64,000 nt of DNA from Candidatus Bathyarchaeota archaeon (GCA_003141855.1 PLNS01000013.1:21370-85369); one strand, 5' to 3'. Positions 18,668 to 29,720 are shown, numbered from the stretch's first letter. Numbers and translations are program-made. The notes: generated by a model from the sequence alone, not told the origin.

Positions 18668-19420
18668 ATGGCTTCAGGGATTAACTCGCTTCATAAGATT
18701 CTGAAAGACGAAAATCGCAGAAGAATTATACTCCAATTGCAAGAAAAAGGAAGCATAACCTACGTTGACTTAATGAAGATTCTGGGTATCACTAATACTG
18801 GAAAAATGAACTATCACTTGAAAGTACTTGGCGATTTGATAGGAAAGAATGAGGATGGCAAGTATGTTCTGACCGAGAAGGGCAAGCTCGCTACTAGGCT
18901 GCTTCTTGAATTTAATGAAAGAACATCTCTTGATAAAAAGAGCCCTTTCCAAATAGAAAGTGAATTTCCGAAGTGGTACTTGACTTTGATATACGTCTCG
19001 GCAACGGTTTATCTTGTTGTTTTCTTAGCGCTTTATGCTGCGGGGATAATAGATTTTTCAAGATTGTTATTAACTTCAATCATAATAGCTTTAGGCATAG
19101 CCTTTTTCTTTGTTGCCCAGAAAATGAGGCAGAAAAGCGGCAAATGGTCGCCTAGGCGACAAATGTTAGGCATTGAAATCGGAAAGATTATTTTCGGAGC
19201 TTTGGTCGGGATGGTGGTTTTCATTTTTGGGGGAGCACTGATTCTTTTGGGTTTTCAAGCCCTTCTAAAGTCGCTTGGAATTCAGTTTAAACTTCCTCCC
19301 TTTGCTATATCATATGTTATCATCTCAGTTGCTGGAGCAATTGTAGGTGGGTACATAGCTTATTGGCGATATAGGCGAAGCAAATATTCTCGAGTTAGCT
19401 ATTTCGAGACGTTCCCCTGA
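18668..19420 (+). CDS. Membrane-tethered ArsR-like wHTH regulator (family 2)
   Basis: SLHKILKDENRRRIIL...TGKMNYHLKVLGDL...LTEKGKLA plus about 4 TM. Confidence 0.85.
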   Translation: MASGINSLHKILKDENRRRIILQLQEKGSITYVDLMKILGITNTGKMNYHLKVLGDLIGKNEDGKYVLTEKGKLATRLLLEFNERTSLDKKSPFQIESEFPKWYLTLIYVSATVYLVVFLALYAAGIIDFSRLLLTSIIIALGIAFFFVAQKMRQKSGKWSPRRQMLGIEIGKIIFGALVGMVVFIFGGALILLGFQALLKSLGIQFKLPPFAISYVIISVAGAIVGGYIAYWRYRRSKYSRVSYFETFP

Positions 19421-19561
19421 TGCGAGTCCTCTGAGCACTAAGCCAGCCCTTTCAACCGGTGTGAAATTAGAAAAGGTTAAGAAGCGAATTTATAGAACTC
19501 CATTTTGAAGATATTTTCTTTAGTGCCCCAAGGACTAATATTAAGAAAAGCGCGTGTGTTC

Positions 19562-19581
19562 TTGACTACTTTTTTAGTCAA
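19562..19581. promoter_or_regulatory. TTGAC-N10-GTCAA palindrome upstream of BRE/TATA
   Basis: TTGAC-tactttttta-GTCAA-AAAAGCCTAAAT. Confidence 0.7.
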
Positions 19582-19617
19582 AAAAGCCTAAATCTAATCA
19601 ACCACTAATCAGACTCT

Positions 19618-20335
19618 ATGCAACAAGGATTGGCTTCATTACACAAAGTCCTAAAAGACGAAACAAGACAAAGAATACTGCTTACACTAAATGACAGAGG
19701 AAATCAATCCTATACAGTTTTAATGAGTACTCTGGGGATTACGAGTACTGGAAAGTTCAATTACCACTTGAAAATGCTAAATGGCTTACTTGAAAAAAAC
19801 CAAGATGGGCTGTATTCGTTAACTGAAAAGGGTAAACTTGCTATTCGGTTATTGGAGGAATTCTGTGAGAAGAAAAGCCAATCTGAACTCGATGCTTCGT
19901 TTCCAAAGGGCTACTTTGTTGTAGTAGGGCTTTTTTCTGTTACATTGCTTATTTTGGTTTTCGGCTTTTATGTTGCCAGAATAATCACCTTAGAAAGATT
20001 CATTCTGTATATTGCCACCTCCATTTTAGGCATTGTATTTCTTGTAATTGCTGATAAAGCAAGACGAAAAAGAGCAATGTCAAAGCCTTCAAGTCAGATG
20101 TTGGGCGCAAAAATCTCCATAATTTTGGCTGGTGCGTTTGCTTGTGGAGTTATTCTTTTCTTTGCGGGTGGTTTACTAATAGGATTAATAGCTAAATCGC
20201 GGGGAATTTCGCTTTTCGGTTTTACTGATTGGATAATAATCAGTTTTACCGTCGGCTCAATTTTAGGGCTTAGTTGGTTATTGGATTTACAAGAGAAGTA
20301 AACTGTCGAAAACAAGCTACTATGATCCGTTTTGA
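19618..20335 (+). CDS. Membrane-tethered ArsR-like wHTH regulator (family 2); C-terminal frameshift near 20268
   Basis: ORF stops at 20301, but an alternate frame VGYWIYKRSKLSKTSYYDPF* matches the paralog tail YIAYWRYRRSKYSRVSYFETF. Confidence 0.75.
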
Positions 20336-20357
20336 AGGGTAAACTCTCTCCTGCCGC

Positions 20358-20377
20358 ATGACGAGATTTTTAGTCAA
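20358..20377. promoter_or_regulatory. TTGAC-N10-GTCAA-type palindrome
   Basis: ATGAC-gagattttta-GTCAA-AAGACCTTAAAT. Confidence 0.65.
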
Positions 20378-20422
20378 AAGACCTTAAATCTTCAAGCATT
20401 CAACTAACCTTATGGAGCTGTA

Positions 20423-21298
20423 TTGATGATTAGACAAGAAAATTCCAATTCACCTAACTATGAAGCAAGTGGACTACAAGTTAATGGCAAAAAGCATGAC
20501 CGGAAATTGTATGCATCAATTGCAGGATTGGCAGTAGTTTTGATTGTTCTGGCAGCTCTGTTTATTCCTCAAGGTGCAGGATCACCGCTGGAACTTAGCC
20601 TAAACTACAAGGTAGGCGAACATATGGTCTATGACACCACAAATATCGTTACGAATCAAATGGTCAACACATCCCTTAGCCTGCCTGGCGCTACAAATAC
20701 TCAAAGCTACAATTCAACATTAACCTTAGACATCATAAGCTCTAACGCCGATAACTACGTTGTAAATGAGACAATTGTTGCTGTACCAAATTTGTTTAGT
20801 CACGCATTGCGCCCGCTGACATTAAACGTTAGTAAATCGAGCTACTACAACAATTTAATGGCGCCAGGCGGACCGCTTATTTTCTACAATACAAGTAGTA
20901 TCCCAACGATTTCAGCCTATTTAGCTCAACCAACGGTTAAAGTTGGAGAGATCTGGAAAATACCGGTCAACACAGGTAACGCAAGCCTAGGATTAACAGG
21001 CGAAGTCACCTTAACCTTTGCAGAGCTACAAGATTTGACCGTTCCAGCAGGCGCATTCAAAACCATGCGCATCGAAGTAACAAGCAATACTCTAAGCCTT
21101 CATTCAGACGGCAGTTCAATCATAAAAATTCCAAACGGCATGACTCTACAGCTAAACGGCACCTCATACATAGAGCAAGGCACCTGCCGCCTAATCAAAG
21201 CAGACCTAACACAACTAACCACTACAAATTCCCCTGGAATTGGCAGCACATCAACACTCTACACAGAAAAGACCTTGGCCGAGTACTCACACCATTAA
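20423..21298 (+). CDS. Membrane-anchored extracellular protein (close paralog of 32619..33494)
   Basis: Single TM, then a beta-rich domain; C-terminal ~60 aa almost identical to 32619. Confidence 0.85.
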   Translation: MMIRQENSNSPNYEASGLQVNGKKHDRKLYASIAGLAVVLIVLAALFIPQGAGSPLELSLNYKVGEHMVYDTTNIVTNQMVNTSLSLPGATNTQSYNSTLTLDIISSNADNYVVNETIVAVPNLFSHALRPLTLNVSKSSYYNNLMAPGGPLIFYNTSSIPTISAYLAQPTVKVGEIWKIPVNTGNASLGLTGEVTLTFAELQDLTVPAGAFKTMRIEVTSNTLSLHSDGSSIIKIPNGMTLQLNGTSYIEQGTCRLIKADLTQLTTTNSPGIGSTSTLYTEKTLAEYSHH

Positions 21299-21325
21299 GT
21301 TCTCCAATTTTTCTTTCTTTTTTGC

Positions 21326-21345
21326 TTGACGAGATTTATCGTCAA
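21326..21345. promoter_or_regulatory. TTGAC-N10-GTCAA palindrome
   Basis: TTGAC-gagatttatc-GTCAA-AAAACCTAAAAT. Confidence 0.7.
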
Positions 21346-21382
21346 AAAACCTAAAATGCGCTAAATGCCATACTCATAGCTA

Positions 21383-22066
21383 ATGACCTCAATCATTGAT
21401 TCACTCCATAAAATTCTCAAAGATGAGACCAGACGAAAAATAATCCTTTGCATAAATGAAAAAGGTAGCTTGACCTACACTGACTTAATGGAGAGTCTGG
21501 ATATCTTAAGCACGGGAACGCTAAACTACCACTTGAAAGTGTTAGGCGACCTTTTAGAAAAGGATGAGATGGAAAGATATGTTCTTTCAGAAAAGGGTAA
21601 GCTTGCATCTCATTTGTTAACTGATTTCCCGGAACAAAACGGTTCCACCCCAAATATAAGAAGACTGAAATTCCTCTGGCTATTCTCTGCAATAATTTTC
21701 ACAGTAACAGGACTTGTTATATGGTATGAGATGAACGTGCCAATTTATAGAGCGATTAATGTTATTATCGTTGCGCAGTTGAGCGCCGCATTCTTTTACT
21801 ACATACGAACAAAGCCTGAAAAAACAGGAAAAATTTTCTGGATCGCAATTGGCGTATTTGTAATTGGCGGAGCTTTATGGCTTGCACTTCAAGCCTTCAT
21901 GAAAGTAACAGGATTTAGGCTACAGCTACTGGGGTTAACAGGCAATACAGGCGAGGACCTCTTTGTTTTGATAAGCTGGATAGTTCTCTGGGTTATTGGC
22001 GGATTTGTGGGTGATTTGATAGGTAAAAAGATAAAATATAAGGTGTTATTTTATTCAGGTCTTTGA
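21383..22066 (+). CDS. Membrane-tethered ArsR-like wHTH regulator (family 2)
   Basis: Conserved wHTH plus about 4 TM unrelated to the paralogs' TM region. Confidence 0.85.
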   Translation: MTSIIDSLHKILKDETRRKIILCINEKGSLTYTDLMESLDILSTGTLNYHLKVLGDLLEKDEMERYVLSEKGKLASHLLTDFPEQNGSTPNIRRLKFLWLFSAIIFTVTGLVIWYEMNVPIYRAINVIIVAQLSAAFFYYIRTKPEKTGKIFWIAIGVFVIGGALWLALQAFMKVTGFRLQLLGLTGNTGEDLFVLISWIVLWVIGGFVGDLIGKKIKYKVLFYSGL

Positions 22067-22117
22067 AGTGAGGGCTGAAACGAACATCAGTAGAGATCTC
22101 ATTGAGCAGGTGCTATC

Positions 22118-23639
22118 TTGAGAAAAATGTTAGCATTGGCTATAGCACTTATGCTGATACTAATTGTGTTAGTATCGGCTTTCGCTGCCATATCATTCAA
22201 CAATGCAACTTCAAAACATGAAATGAACAACAAGCCGTTCTACGTTGGGGTAACATATTGTGGTAATTCAGCCATGGAAGCCCAAGAGCTCATTGATAAA
22301 GTCAAGAATTATACCAACCTGTTTGTTTTGCAGTCAGGGGCATTAATGCTTAACTTTACTGCGACAGAGCAAATATGCGACTACGCTATTATCTCTGGAC
22401 TTAACATAATTTTGTGTTATACTACAAACTGTTTAGGGAACAATTTAGACTCATTTCTTAATGAAGCCCAGTCACGCTGGGGAAGCCACTACCTTGGAGT
22501 ATATTTCAACGATGAACCAGCAGGACGGATGCTTGATTCTCATTTCATCCTTCTAAATGATAATAATACAAGCGCTACCATTACTAGAGGTGTAGACAAA
22601 ACGATTTCATTCGGCAAACAATCAGGTTCTGGATTAAATTCTACTTCATTGCAATATGATTTTGACATTTCATCAGGAATAATAACCATAACTTCAACTC
22701 CTGCAATCTTGAGCTCTTGGGGTGCGACTGCAAACCAAAATAGTCAGGCAACCAACGGAATATCTGAAGCTCCTATTAGCAGACAAACTCAAACAATTTA
22801 CTATCCTAACGGCACAGTTAGTTATACAACTGATATCACGATAACATATGAGCCAAACGGTACTGTCATAAATGAAAACGGTCAAGTTGTAAGCGATCGA
22901 GGCAACATTTCTCAATTTGAACCTTATCAGCAAGTTTGGGATTTGAATCCACTTCGAAACGACACTGATGTAGCTAATCTCTATGTGAACAACCTGCACA
23001 CCACGTTATCTTCAATTGGCAATGAGTCCTACGTTAATCTTTTCACTTCAGACTATGGACTTTATTGGTTTGATTATGAAGCTGGATAATACCGTTTTTA
23101 CAGAGTTTGGTTGGAACAATAGTCGTCAAATGGACATTGCATTTTGCAGAGGAGCAGCTACTGCTCAGGATAAAGATTGGGGTGTTATGATTACTTGGAC
23201 TTATAACCAGCCACCTTATCTTGAGAACGCTACTAAGCTTTATGCTGACATGAAGTTAGCCTATGATAATGACGCTAACTACATTGTGGTTTTCAACAGT
23301 GATGGGAGCAATAGCGGAATCTTGGATAACGACCAATTTAATGCTATACAAGCGTTCTGGCAATATGTTCAAAGTAATCCAAAGACAAATGATGTTTCAA
23401 GAGGTAGAGTTGCTTATGTTCTGCCAGAAGGTTACGGGTACGGCTTCAGAGGAATGAATGACTCCATATGGGGATTGTGGGAAGCAGATAATTTTTCAGA
23501 CCATCAACTAAGTAACATTAACAGTGAATTTCAACAATACGGAAGTAAACTTGATGTAATCTTTGATGACCCATTATTTTCATTTTATCAGAACCCGTAT
23601 TCAAGAGCAATTTATTGGAACGAAACGATAACTTCTTAA
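22118..23639 (+). pseudogene. GH-like barrel paralog 2, frameshifted at ~23087
   Basis: ...YWFDYEAG-TAA; restoring TA (ggata[ta]atacc) gives GYNTVFTEFGWN as in the paralogs. Confidence 0.8.
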
Positions 23640-23697
23640 CATTATAAAGAAGACACCAAAAAAGCAATTAAATAATCAATAGGGCTTTTCCAAAGCC

Positions 23698-23833
23698 TTA
23701 TGGTCTAATTTGTGTTTTTTCAGTTTGACCCCAAGTATCCACTGCAAATCTTGTGAGCGCCCAATGCCAACCGAGTTTCTCCGTAACATGCGCTATAGAC
23801 TCGATTTCCAAAAGTTGGTTCAAAGATTCCTTG
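23698..23833 (-). pseudogene. 'AEKRGWH' family fragment
   Basis: LLEIESIAHVTEKLGWHWALTRFAVDTWGQTEK. Confidence 0.6.
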
Positions 23834-23863
23834 ATTTTGTTTTTCGAACCATTTGGTGAACTT

Positions 23864-25393
23864 TTAACTTGTTTGGTTCCAGTAATATATATGGCTGTAT
23901 TTTCCAGCCGCAGGGTACGCTGGGTCATCATAAACTATGTCTAGTCTCGAGCCATATTGCGCAAGTTTGCTTTGCAACTGAGTCCAGATTTGCTGTGAGG
24001 TGCTATTTGCGTTCCATAAGCCCCAAATCGTATCGCTTGGGTTTCGCATGCCCCAACCATAATCCTTAGGCAAAACCAGAACGGCTTCCGCTTTAATGCC
24101 TCCATGAACAACGCTACTGTTTTGCACTACCTCATTCCAGAAACGTTGGAGGGCTTGGAAATGCTCATCTTGCAATGTTCCATACGGACCATCCATGCCA
24201 TCAGCGTAGTTAAAAACAACCACATACTTAGCACCGCACTCATAAGATGTGAGCATCTGCTCATACATCTCATCGCCATTTGTCAAATAAGGTGGCTGTG
24301 TGTATTTCCAAGTGATTATTGTTCCCCAATCTTTGCCCTGCAAATCAGCTGCACCGCGTACTAAGCCGATTTCTTGGGCAACCGAATTGTTCCAGCCTAA
24401 CTGTGCAAGAACCACGTCGTATCCACTCTTGTAATCCCACCAGTAAAGACCATAATCAGACGTAAAAATTGGAAAATCCCCTTTGCTTATGTTACATTGA
24501 TTTCTCAAATTATCTATGGGTCCTTTGGTTTTGGCTATAAAGAGATTTGCTGCGGCATTGTAATCAGGTATTGGGTTGTCGCTCTTTATTTGCAGGTAAG
24601 TTTTTTCTTGAGCTATGATATCTGAGCCATTTTCCATTGTATAGAAATTATCCCTCAGTACTTGGTAAGAGTTCCCTGCATCATAGTGACCATAAGGTAA
24701 ACCGCCCGTGAATACTTTATTTATTGTGCTTGTGAGCGTTTCTCTTAGAGTTACTGAGCCGTTTGGCTCATAAGTGGTCATGTTGGTGTTACTTAACGTG
24801 TTAGATATCGTTACAGAAGAATTGTTGGGGTCACGCTCAAGTGAAAAGGTTTCATTGCTTTTTTTTACTTCAATTTTGCCTTCTGGAAAAAATGCTGTCC
24901 AACACCCATTATAATCAGAACAGTTTACGACGCCATCATTTAATTTATTGATAAAAATTCCTTGATTCTCATAAAAAAAGATGGAGCCATCAAGCATTTT
25001 GCCTCCAGGTTCATCGCCCAAATAGACTCCCACGAACATGCCTCCCCATCGTTGCTTGGCAGTTCCTATCCACTCCGCGTTTTGGGCATTACCTATTACG
25101 TCAAAGTAAGCCGCAAAGTGTAATCCTTTGGCTACTGCGTAGTCGCCTACCTCATTCACGGCATTCGCATCATTTTTTAGTGAGCCTGATTGCAGTACAA
25201 ACAGGTTAGTGTAATCTGCAACTTTGTCAATAAGCAGTTTTGCCTCAGCGGTTGTATCTCCACCAAACGTGACGCCGACATAGAACGGTTTTGAATCGCT
25301 GTTTTTACTCAAAGAAGCGTAATTGATAACGGCGACTAATCCGATCAATACTATGAGTATTATAGCAACTGAAAGGATTATCGCCCGCTTCAT
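23864..25393 (-). CDS. GH-like barrel paralog 3 (no C-terminal anchor)
   Basis: YLGDEPGG, FTSDYGLYW, AQLGWN, YVVVFN motifs. Confidence 0.8.
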   Translation of the reverse strand: MKRAIILSVAIILIVLIGLVAVINYASLSKNSDSKPFYVGVTFGGDTTAEAKLLIDKVADYTNLFVLQSGSLKNDANAVNEVGDYAVAKGLHFAAYFDVIGNAQNAEWIGTAKQRWGGMFVGVYLGDEPGGKMLDGSIFFYENQGIFINKLNDGVVNCSDYNGCWTAFFPEGKIEVKKSNETFSLERDPNNSSVTISNTLSNTNMTTYEPNGSVTLRETLTSTINKVFTGGLPYGHYDAGNSYQVLRDNFYTMENGSDIIAQEKTYLQIKSDNPIPDYNAAANLFIAKTKGPIDNLRNQCNISKGDFPIFTSDYGLYWWDYKSGYDVVLAQLGWNNSVAQEIGLVRGAADLQGKDWGTIITWKYTQPPYLTNGDEMYEQMLTSYECGAKYVVVFNYADGMDGPYGTLQDEHFQALQRFWNEVVQNSSVVHGGIKAEAVLVLPKDYGWGMRNPSDTIWGLWNANSTSQQIWTQLQSKLAQYGSRLDIVYDDPAYPAAGKYSHIYYWNQTS

Positions 25394-25455
25394 TAATGCA
25401 GCACTCTAACAAGTCTGGATAAGCTGCCGATTTCGGTTTATTTAGTTTTCTGAAT

Positions 25456-25756
25456 TCAAGTCCTTTTCTGTTTCTCCCAAACTTCCATCGTAAAACTGGT
25501 AAGTGTCCAGTGCCAGCCGCGCTTCTCTGCAATGTGTTCGCCAAACTCTTTTTCCAAACGCCTGTTCACTCTCAGGATTCTTTGGCATCATCTGAAAACG
25601 ACTATTTTTAGAGTGCTTATTTTAACAGTATTCAAACCCAAAGTGAGTCAGGTCTCTATGTCCCTGACCCCAAAAAGGTTCAAAACCTGATTGAAAACAA
25701 AAGGTAGCACTTGCGTTTCTCAAACAGTTGGCACAAAGCGGGTCCGGTGGGATTCG
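25456..25756 (-). repeat. Composite relic: tRNA-3'-like fragment (25738-56), conserved ~55-bp element and 'AEKRGWH' fragment
   Basis: 25511-25659 aligns closely with 34801-34948; minus-strand CGAATCCCACCGGACCCGC resembles a tRNA T-loop/acceptor 3' end. Confidence 0.75.
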
Positions 25757-26065
25757 TTTAAACTATTAAGCGAATCCTCAACGCATCCAATTTTGAATTA
25801 CTTCAAGCTGGTATACCTGCGCTGCTAACTTAGATTAAAATTTAGGGTTTTTTCTGCCTCGTTTATGTGCCATACTAACAACCCGCACTACGCAACTTTT
25901 GGGTGAAGGGGGCGAACAAGAGAAGGAGCTTGAGCGATTGCTCGCCTAAATTTCTGCGCAGAAGATATAGCATCAACCTTAAAAAACTACCTATTACGCT
26001 TGGAGTGGTACGCACAAAGCATAAATGCAAACTGAATCAATAAACACAACTGGAACTGGCAAGTT

Positions 26066-26304
26066 ATGGATAGAGCAGAAACCCTCGCTGTGCTTCACGA
26101 AATCTTAGAAGTGTGCAAAGAATAATCTTAATGAATAGCGTTTCTTTAGATAACCCACCAATTTCCTCCACATCAAAAAGTTACCTGACAAAAATAAACT
26201 GCACCCTCGATAGTACTTCAAAGCAATGTATTGCACCAATTCTGAAAAAACATGAACTTTTCCTAAAAGAATCAGAAAGCTTTGCAGTAATTCAAGGCAT
26301 CTAA
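26066..26304 (+). pseudogene. Small hypothetical protein, frameshifted paralog of 26430..26693
   Basis: MDRAETLAVLHEILEVCKE-TAA; one missing C (gaat[c]aatc) joins it to ILMNSVSLD...; aligns with MKREEAILVLKELFDKC... Confidence 0.65.
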
Positions 26305-26429
26305 TTAATTAAAAGATTTTCGAATTGAGAGTTGGTTCCTGAAAGCTAACTTACTTGAAGCTCCATTTACCGTTTAGCTCTTTGGGGAGGAACGCACTAT
26401 GAAAGTTGTTTCTTTGCCCCAAAATCGCT

Positions 26430-26693
26430 CTACTTCTGGGGAACAGGGGCGGGAGGGCTGTAAATTATGAAACTATCTTCTTCTTCGACTTTAATAGTAA
26501 GCTGATATTTCATTAGAACGTCTTGCATGCATGTTCTTGTTTCTTCGTCAAGAGCCGCCTTAATATGTATTTGATACCCCAAACTCATATCTTTGGAAGC
26601 TTTAGGCGGTATTACTTCTAAATAATGACCATCGAGATTAGTGCACTTATCAAAAAGCTCTTTTAAAACCAATATTGCTTCTTCACGCTTCAA
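26430..26693 (-). CDS. Small conserved hypothetical protein
   Basis: 87 aa, with a paralog on the opposite strand. Confidence 0.75.
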   Translation of the reverse strand: MKREEAILVLKELFDKCTNLDGHYLEVIPPKASKDMSLGYQIHIKAALDEETRTCMQDVLMKYQLTIKVEEEDSFIIYSPPAPVPQK

Positions 26694-26847
26694 AAAAATC
26701 CCTAATAAATTTAGCGTTAATGCATTATAAAAACATTAAGCTTCTAGCGCTATTTGATTAAAAGTGCTATGGCTCGCTTACGACTCAAGAACCAAGGCTA
26801 CATAGGATCGCGCGCGCTGACGAGAAAAAGAATACTCTAAAGACAGC

Positions 26848-29244
26848 TCATCTAGTTAGAGGCAAACTTACTGTGAAAGTGGTTCCTTTGCCCTCTTGGC
26901 TTTCAAATGTGATAGTTCCGCCTAGTGCCTCAGTCATTCGCTTAACCACGGGTAAACCGAAGCCTTGACCCTTCGCTTTTGTCGTGAACATAAGTGTAAA
27001 CATTTTACCTTGTACATCTTTAGGAATGCCTACCCCAGTGTCCTTAACAGTAATAACTATGTCCTTTGGGCCTCGGAAGGCATGTATAGTTAGTGTGCCG
27101 CCATTTGGCATGGCTTGCACAGCATTAGTAACTAGGTTGTACATGATGCGGTTTATGTAGTAGGAATCGGCACTAATTTTTTCAGCTTTATTTTCTATTT
27201 TAACGCTTAGTTCAATGTTATCTGGCATACTCTGTTTTACCAACAACTCTGCAATTATCAGTTTCAGGTCAGTTTCTTCTGCCTTTGGGTTAAGAGGTCT
27301 GGCATAATCTTGCAGGTCTTGCACAATTTTGTTAATGTAGTCAATGTTCTTTTCAATCTCCTGCAGACTTTCTAATGCGTTCTTTTTCTCTTCGCTCTCA
27401 GGTGTCGAAGCTAATTCTGTTTTAGCCAAGTAAACATCGCTGGTAATAGCCTGCAACGGATTACGGATATCATGCCCAACCATACCAGCAGTAGCGCCGA
27501 TAGCGGCTAAACGCTCAGAATCCTTAAGCTGCTTAGTACGTTCTTCAACAAGTTTCTCCAAGTTCTCTCGGTATTCCGAGAACTTCAATTCAGCTTGCTT
27601 TCTTTCAGTAATATCGGTAAATGAGATTGCTACTTGTTTATCATTTGTTTTCCAAGCATAAACTTCATACCACTTGTCAAGTTCAGCGCCATAATTCTCA
27701 AAATGGAGGGTAGTTCCAGTTTTGGCAACTTGGTCGTAAAATTCGATCCAGTAATCTTCAACAACTCCAAATATGTCTTTTGCACGTTTGTTAACGAGTT
27801 GTTCTCTTGGTTTTGCTACAAGTTTTTCGAAAGCAGGATTAACTTCGCGGTAATAATAATCAATCGCCTTCCCGTCATTATCGTAAATTAACTCAATAAC
27901 TTGAAACATCTCAGTCATGGAACTAAAAAGCTGACGATAACGATGCTCACTTTGCGTTAATGCTTCTTCAGCTTTCTTACGTTCGGTTATGTCGTGGTTG
28001 ATGAACAAATGTCGTCCTGGCAAAACGTTAGCTGTACCCGTAGATTCTACTATACTAAATGTTCCATCCGGATGCTTAATCTTGTCTACACTGAAGTAAT
28101 GTCCAGTTTTGAGAAAGTTGCGCACTGCCTCATCGGTGTTATAATTCGGTTCGGTGAACTCCGTAACTGATCGACCGATCAATTGGTCACGCGAGACACC
28201 ATAAATAGCCGCAGCAGCTGGATTAGCCTCCACGTACCGAAAATTCTCATCAAATAATATTACGCCATCCGGTGTGGAGTCAAAAATAGCCTTCAATTGG
28301 TTTTGATTTTCTTTCAGCGCTTCTTCCGCATTCTTGCGTTCAGTGATGTCAACAAATAGTGCTATAAAATAGTCTTTCTTTGGGCTGTAGGCGGAAACGT
28401 TTAGCCATTTTTTCAAAGATTGCCTATAACTTTCAAAGTGGGCAGGTTCTCCCGTGAGCGCGACACGACCATATCGCCCGATCCAGTCTGCAGGGTCTTT
28501 CGGTTCTTCTGGAAACAGCTCATTAACCTTTTTGCCGATAATTTGCTCTCTCTTTAGCCCTACTATTCGACTATAAGCATCGTTGACGTCAAGGAAAATC
28601 CAATCGACGGGCTTTCCATTCTTGTCAACCAGGATTTTGCAATAGAGAAACGCGTCTAGCATGTTACTGAACAATGCAGCAAACTGTTCGCGATTACTCC
28701 TAAATGCTTCAGCCCACCCGCCCGCAATATCAGTGCCAGTAGTTGATTTTCTGGACGCGAGAAGAGCAGCTACCAAGTAAAAAGTCCCAGTGTATAACGT
28801 TAGTCTTCCAAGCCATGTGGGCACATCGCCAATAGTCTTTTGTTCGAAAGCACTAAACAACCCAATACTAACGAGTCCAATGGCAAGAGCATACCAATAA
28901 AGCGAAGGCGACTTCGACCTCAAGAATTGAACTCCAAAAATTAAGGCGGCAACTGCAAAGAAGAAAACTGATGACCCCAACACAACCTGACGCAGCAAAG
29001 TTGGTCCTGATGCGTCGAAGAATGTTGGATAGTAACCCAGCAAAGCTACGGTTGAATTAACCAACACGAAAATTACAGATGCAAGGTAGGCAGTTGCAAG
29101 CAACTTTTTTCTGTTTGATGTTTTGGTTTCCTGTTGTTTAAGTGTGTGTGACTGTGAAGCTACAACTACCGGTGAAAAGTGCCATGTTTTTGTCTCCTTG
29201 ATTCTTACGAGAGAACATGAGAAGAACCTCCCAAATAAAAGCAT
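26848..29244 (-). CDS. Multi-PAS sensor histidine kinase with partial MASE3-like TM input; 5' end probably truncated
   Basis: Three PAS/PAC repeats (DITERK), H-box GHDIRNPL, N-box NLVTNA, G1 DTGVGI, G2 TTKAKGQGFGL. Confidence 0.9.
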   Translation of the reverse strand: MLLFGRFFSCSLVRIKETKTWHFSPVVVASQSHTLKQQETKTSNRKKLLATAYLASVIFVLVNSTVALLGYYPTFFDASGPTLLRQVVLGSSVFFFAVAALIFGVQFLRSKSPSLYWYALAIGLVSIGLFSAFEQKTIGDVPTWLGRLTLYTGTFYLVAALLASRKSTTGTDIAGGWAEAFRSNREQFAALFSNMLDAFLYCKILVDKNGKPVDWIFLDVNDAYSRIVGLKREQIIGKKVNELFPEEPKDPADWIGRYGRVALTGEPAHFESYRQSLKKWLNVSAYSPKKDYFIALFVDITERKNAEEALKENQNQLKAIFDSTPDGVILFDENFRYVEANPAAAAIYGVSRDQLIGRSVTEFTEPNYNTDEAVRNFLKTGHYFSVDKIKHPDGTFSIVESTGTANVLPGRHLFINHDITERKKAEEALTQSEHRYRQLFSSMTEMFQVIELIYDNDGKAIDYYYREVNPAFEKLVAKPREQLVNKRAKDIFGVVEDYWIEFYDQVAKTGTTLHFENYGAELDKWYEVYAWKTNDKQVAISFTDITERKQAELKFSEYRENLEKLVEERTKQLKDSERLAAIGATAGMVGHDIRNPLQAITSDVYLAKTELASTPESEEKKNALESLQEIEKNIDYINKIVQDLQDYARPLNPKAEETDLKLIIAELLVKQSMPDNIELSVKIENKAEKISADSYYINRIMYNLVTNAVQAMPNGGTLTIHAFRGPKDIVITVKDTGVGIPKDVQGKMFTLMFTTKAKGQGFGLPVVKRMTEALGGTITFESQEGKGTTFTVSLPLTR

Positions 29245-29491
29245 TCGAAAAGTTGGCTTTACAAGTGAAAACGGGTTGAATCAAAAAGGGTTCGTACCCT
29301 AAACGGTGCTAGTCTCTACCGGACTCAGCCCGCAACAGGTATGAGCCAACAACAATGTGTGCAATGAGATTTTGTCGCCAACTTACCAGTAAAAATGATT
29401 TGTTGAACCCAAATCGAAAATTGGTTTGGGATAGATGGGATTCGTTTAAAACATTAAGCAAATCCTCTATTTTCCTTGAAGAAAAGTTGAA

Positions 29492-29516
29492 ACGGGCCCG
29501 CTGGGTCTCAGACCCA
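29492..29516 (-). repeat. Degenerate tRNA-3'-like (att-like) fragment
   Basis: Minus strand TGGG-TCTGAGA-CCCAG-CGGGCCC-G. Confidence 0.45.
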
Positions 29517-29720
29517 AACGGGTTCGGAACCATAGTTTGCATTTGTTCTGTTTACAACTTCACCGATGATTAGGGATAGTGTTTTCTTTTTAAGTTATTA
29601 ATGGGTTTGAGAGGAGTTGGTAGAAACCTAATTTTTCTCCAGCGTATTCAGCTAGGACATCCAGTCCTCAATAATATTTACCACTTTGTTGTCACCTTCC
29701 ATGTCTTGTAGGCTGAGAAT

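Noticed and set aside
7540-24259. Diversity-generating retroelement TR/VR pair
   Set aside because: No reverse transcriptase in the window; the tract is identical rather than adenine-mutated.
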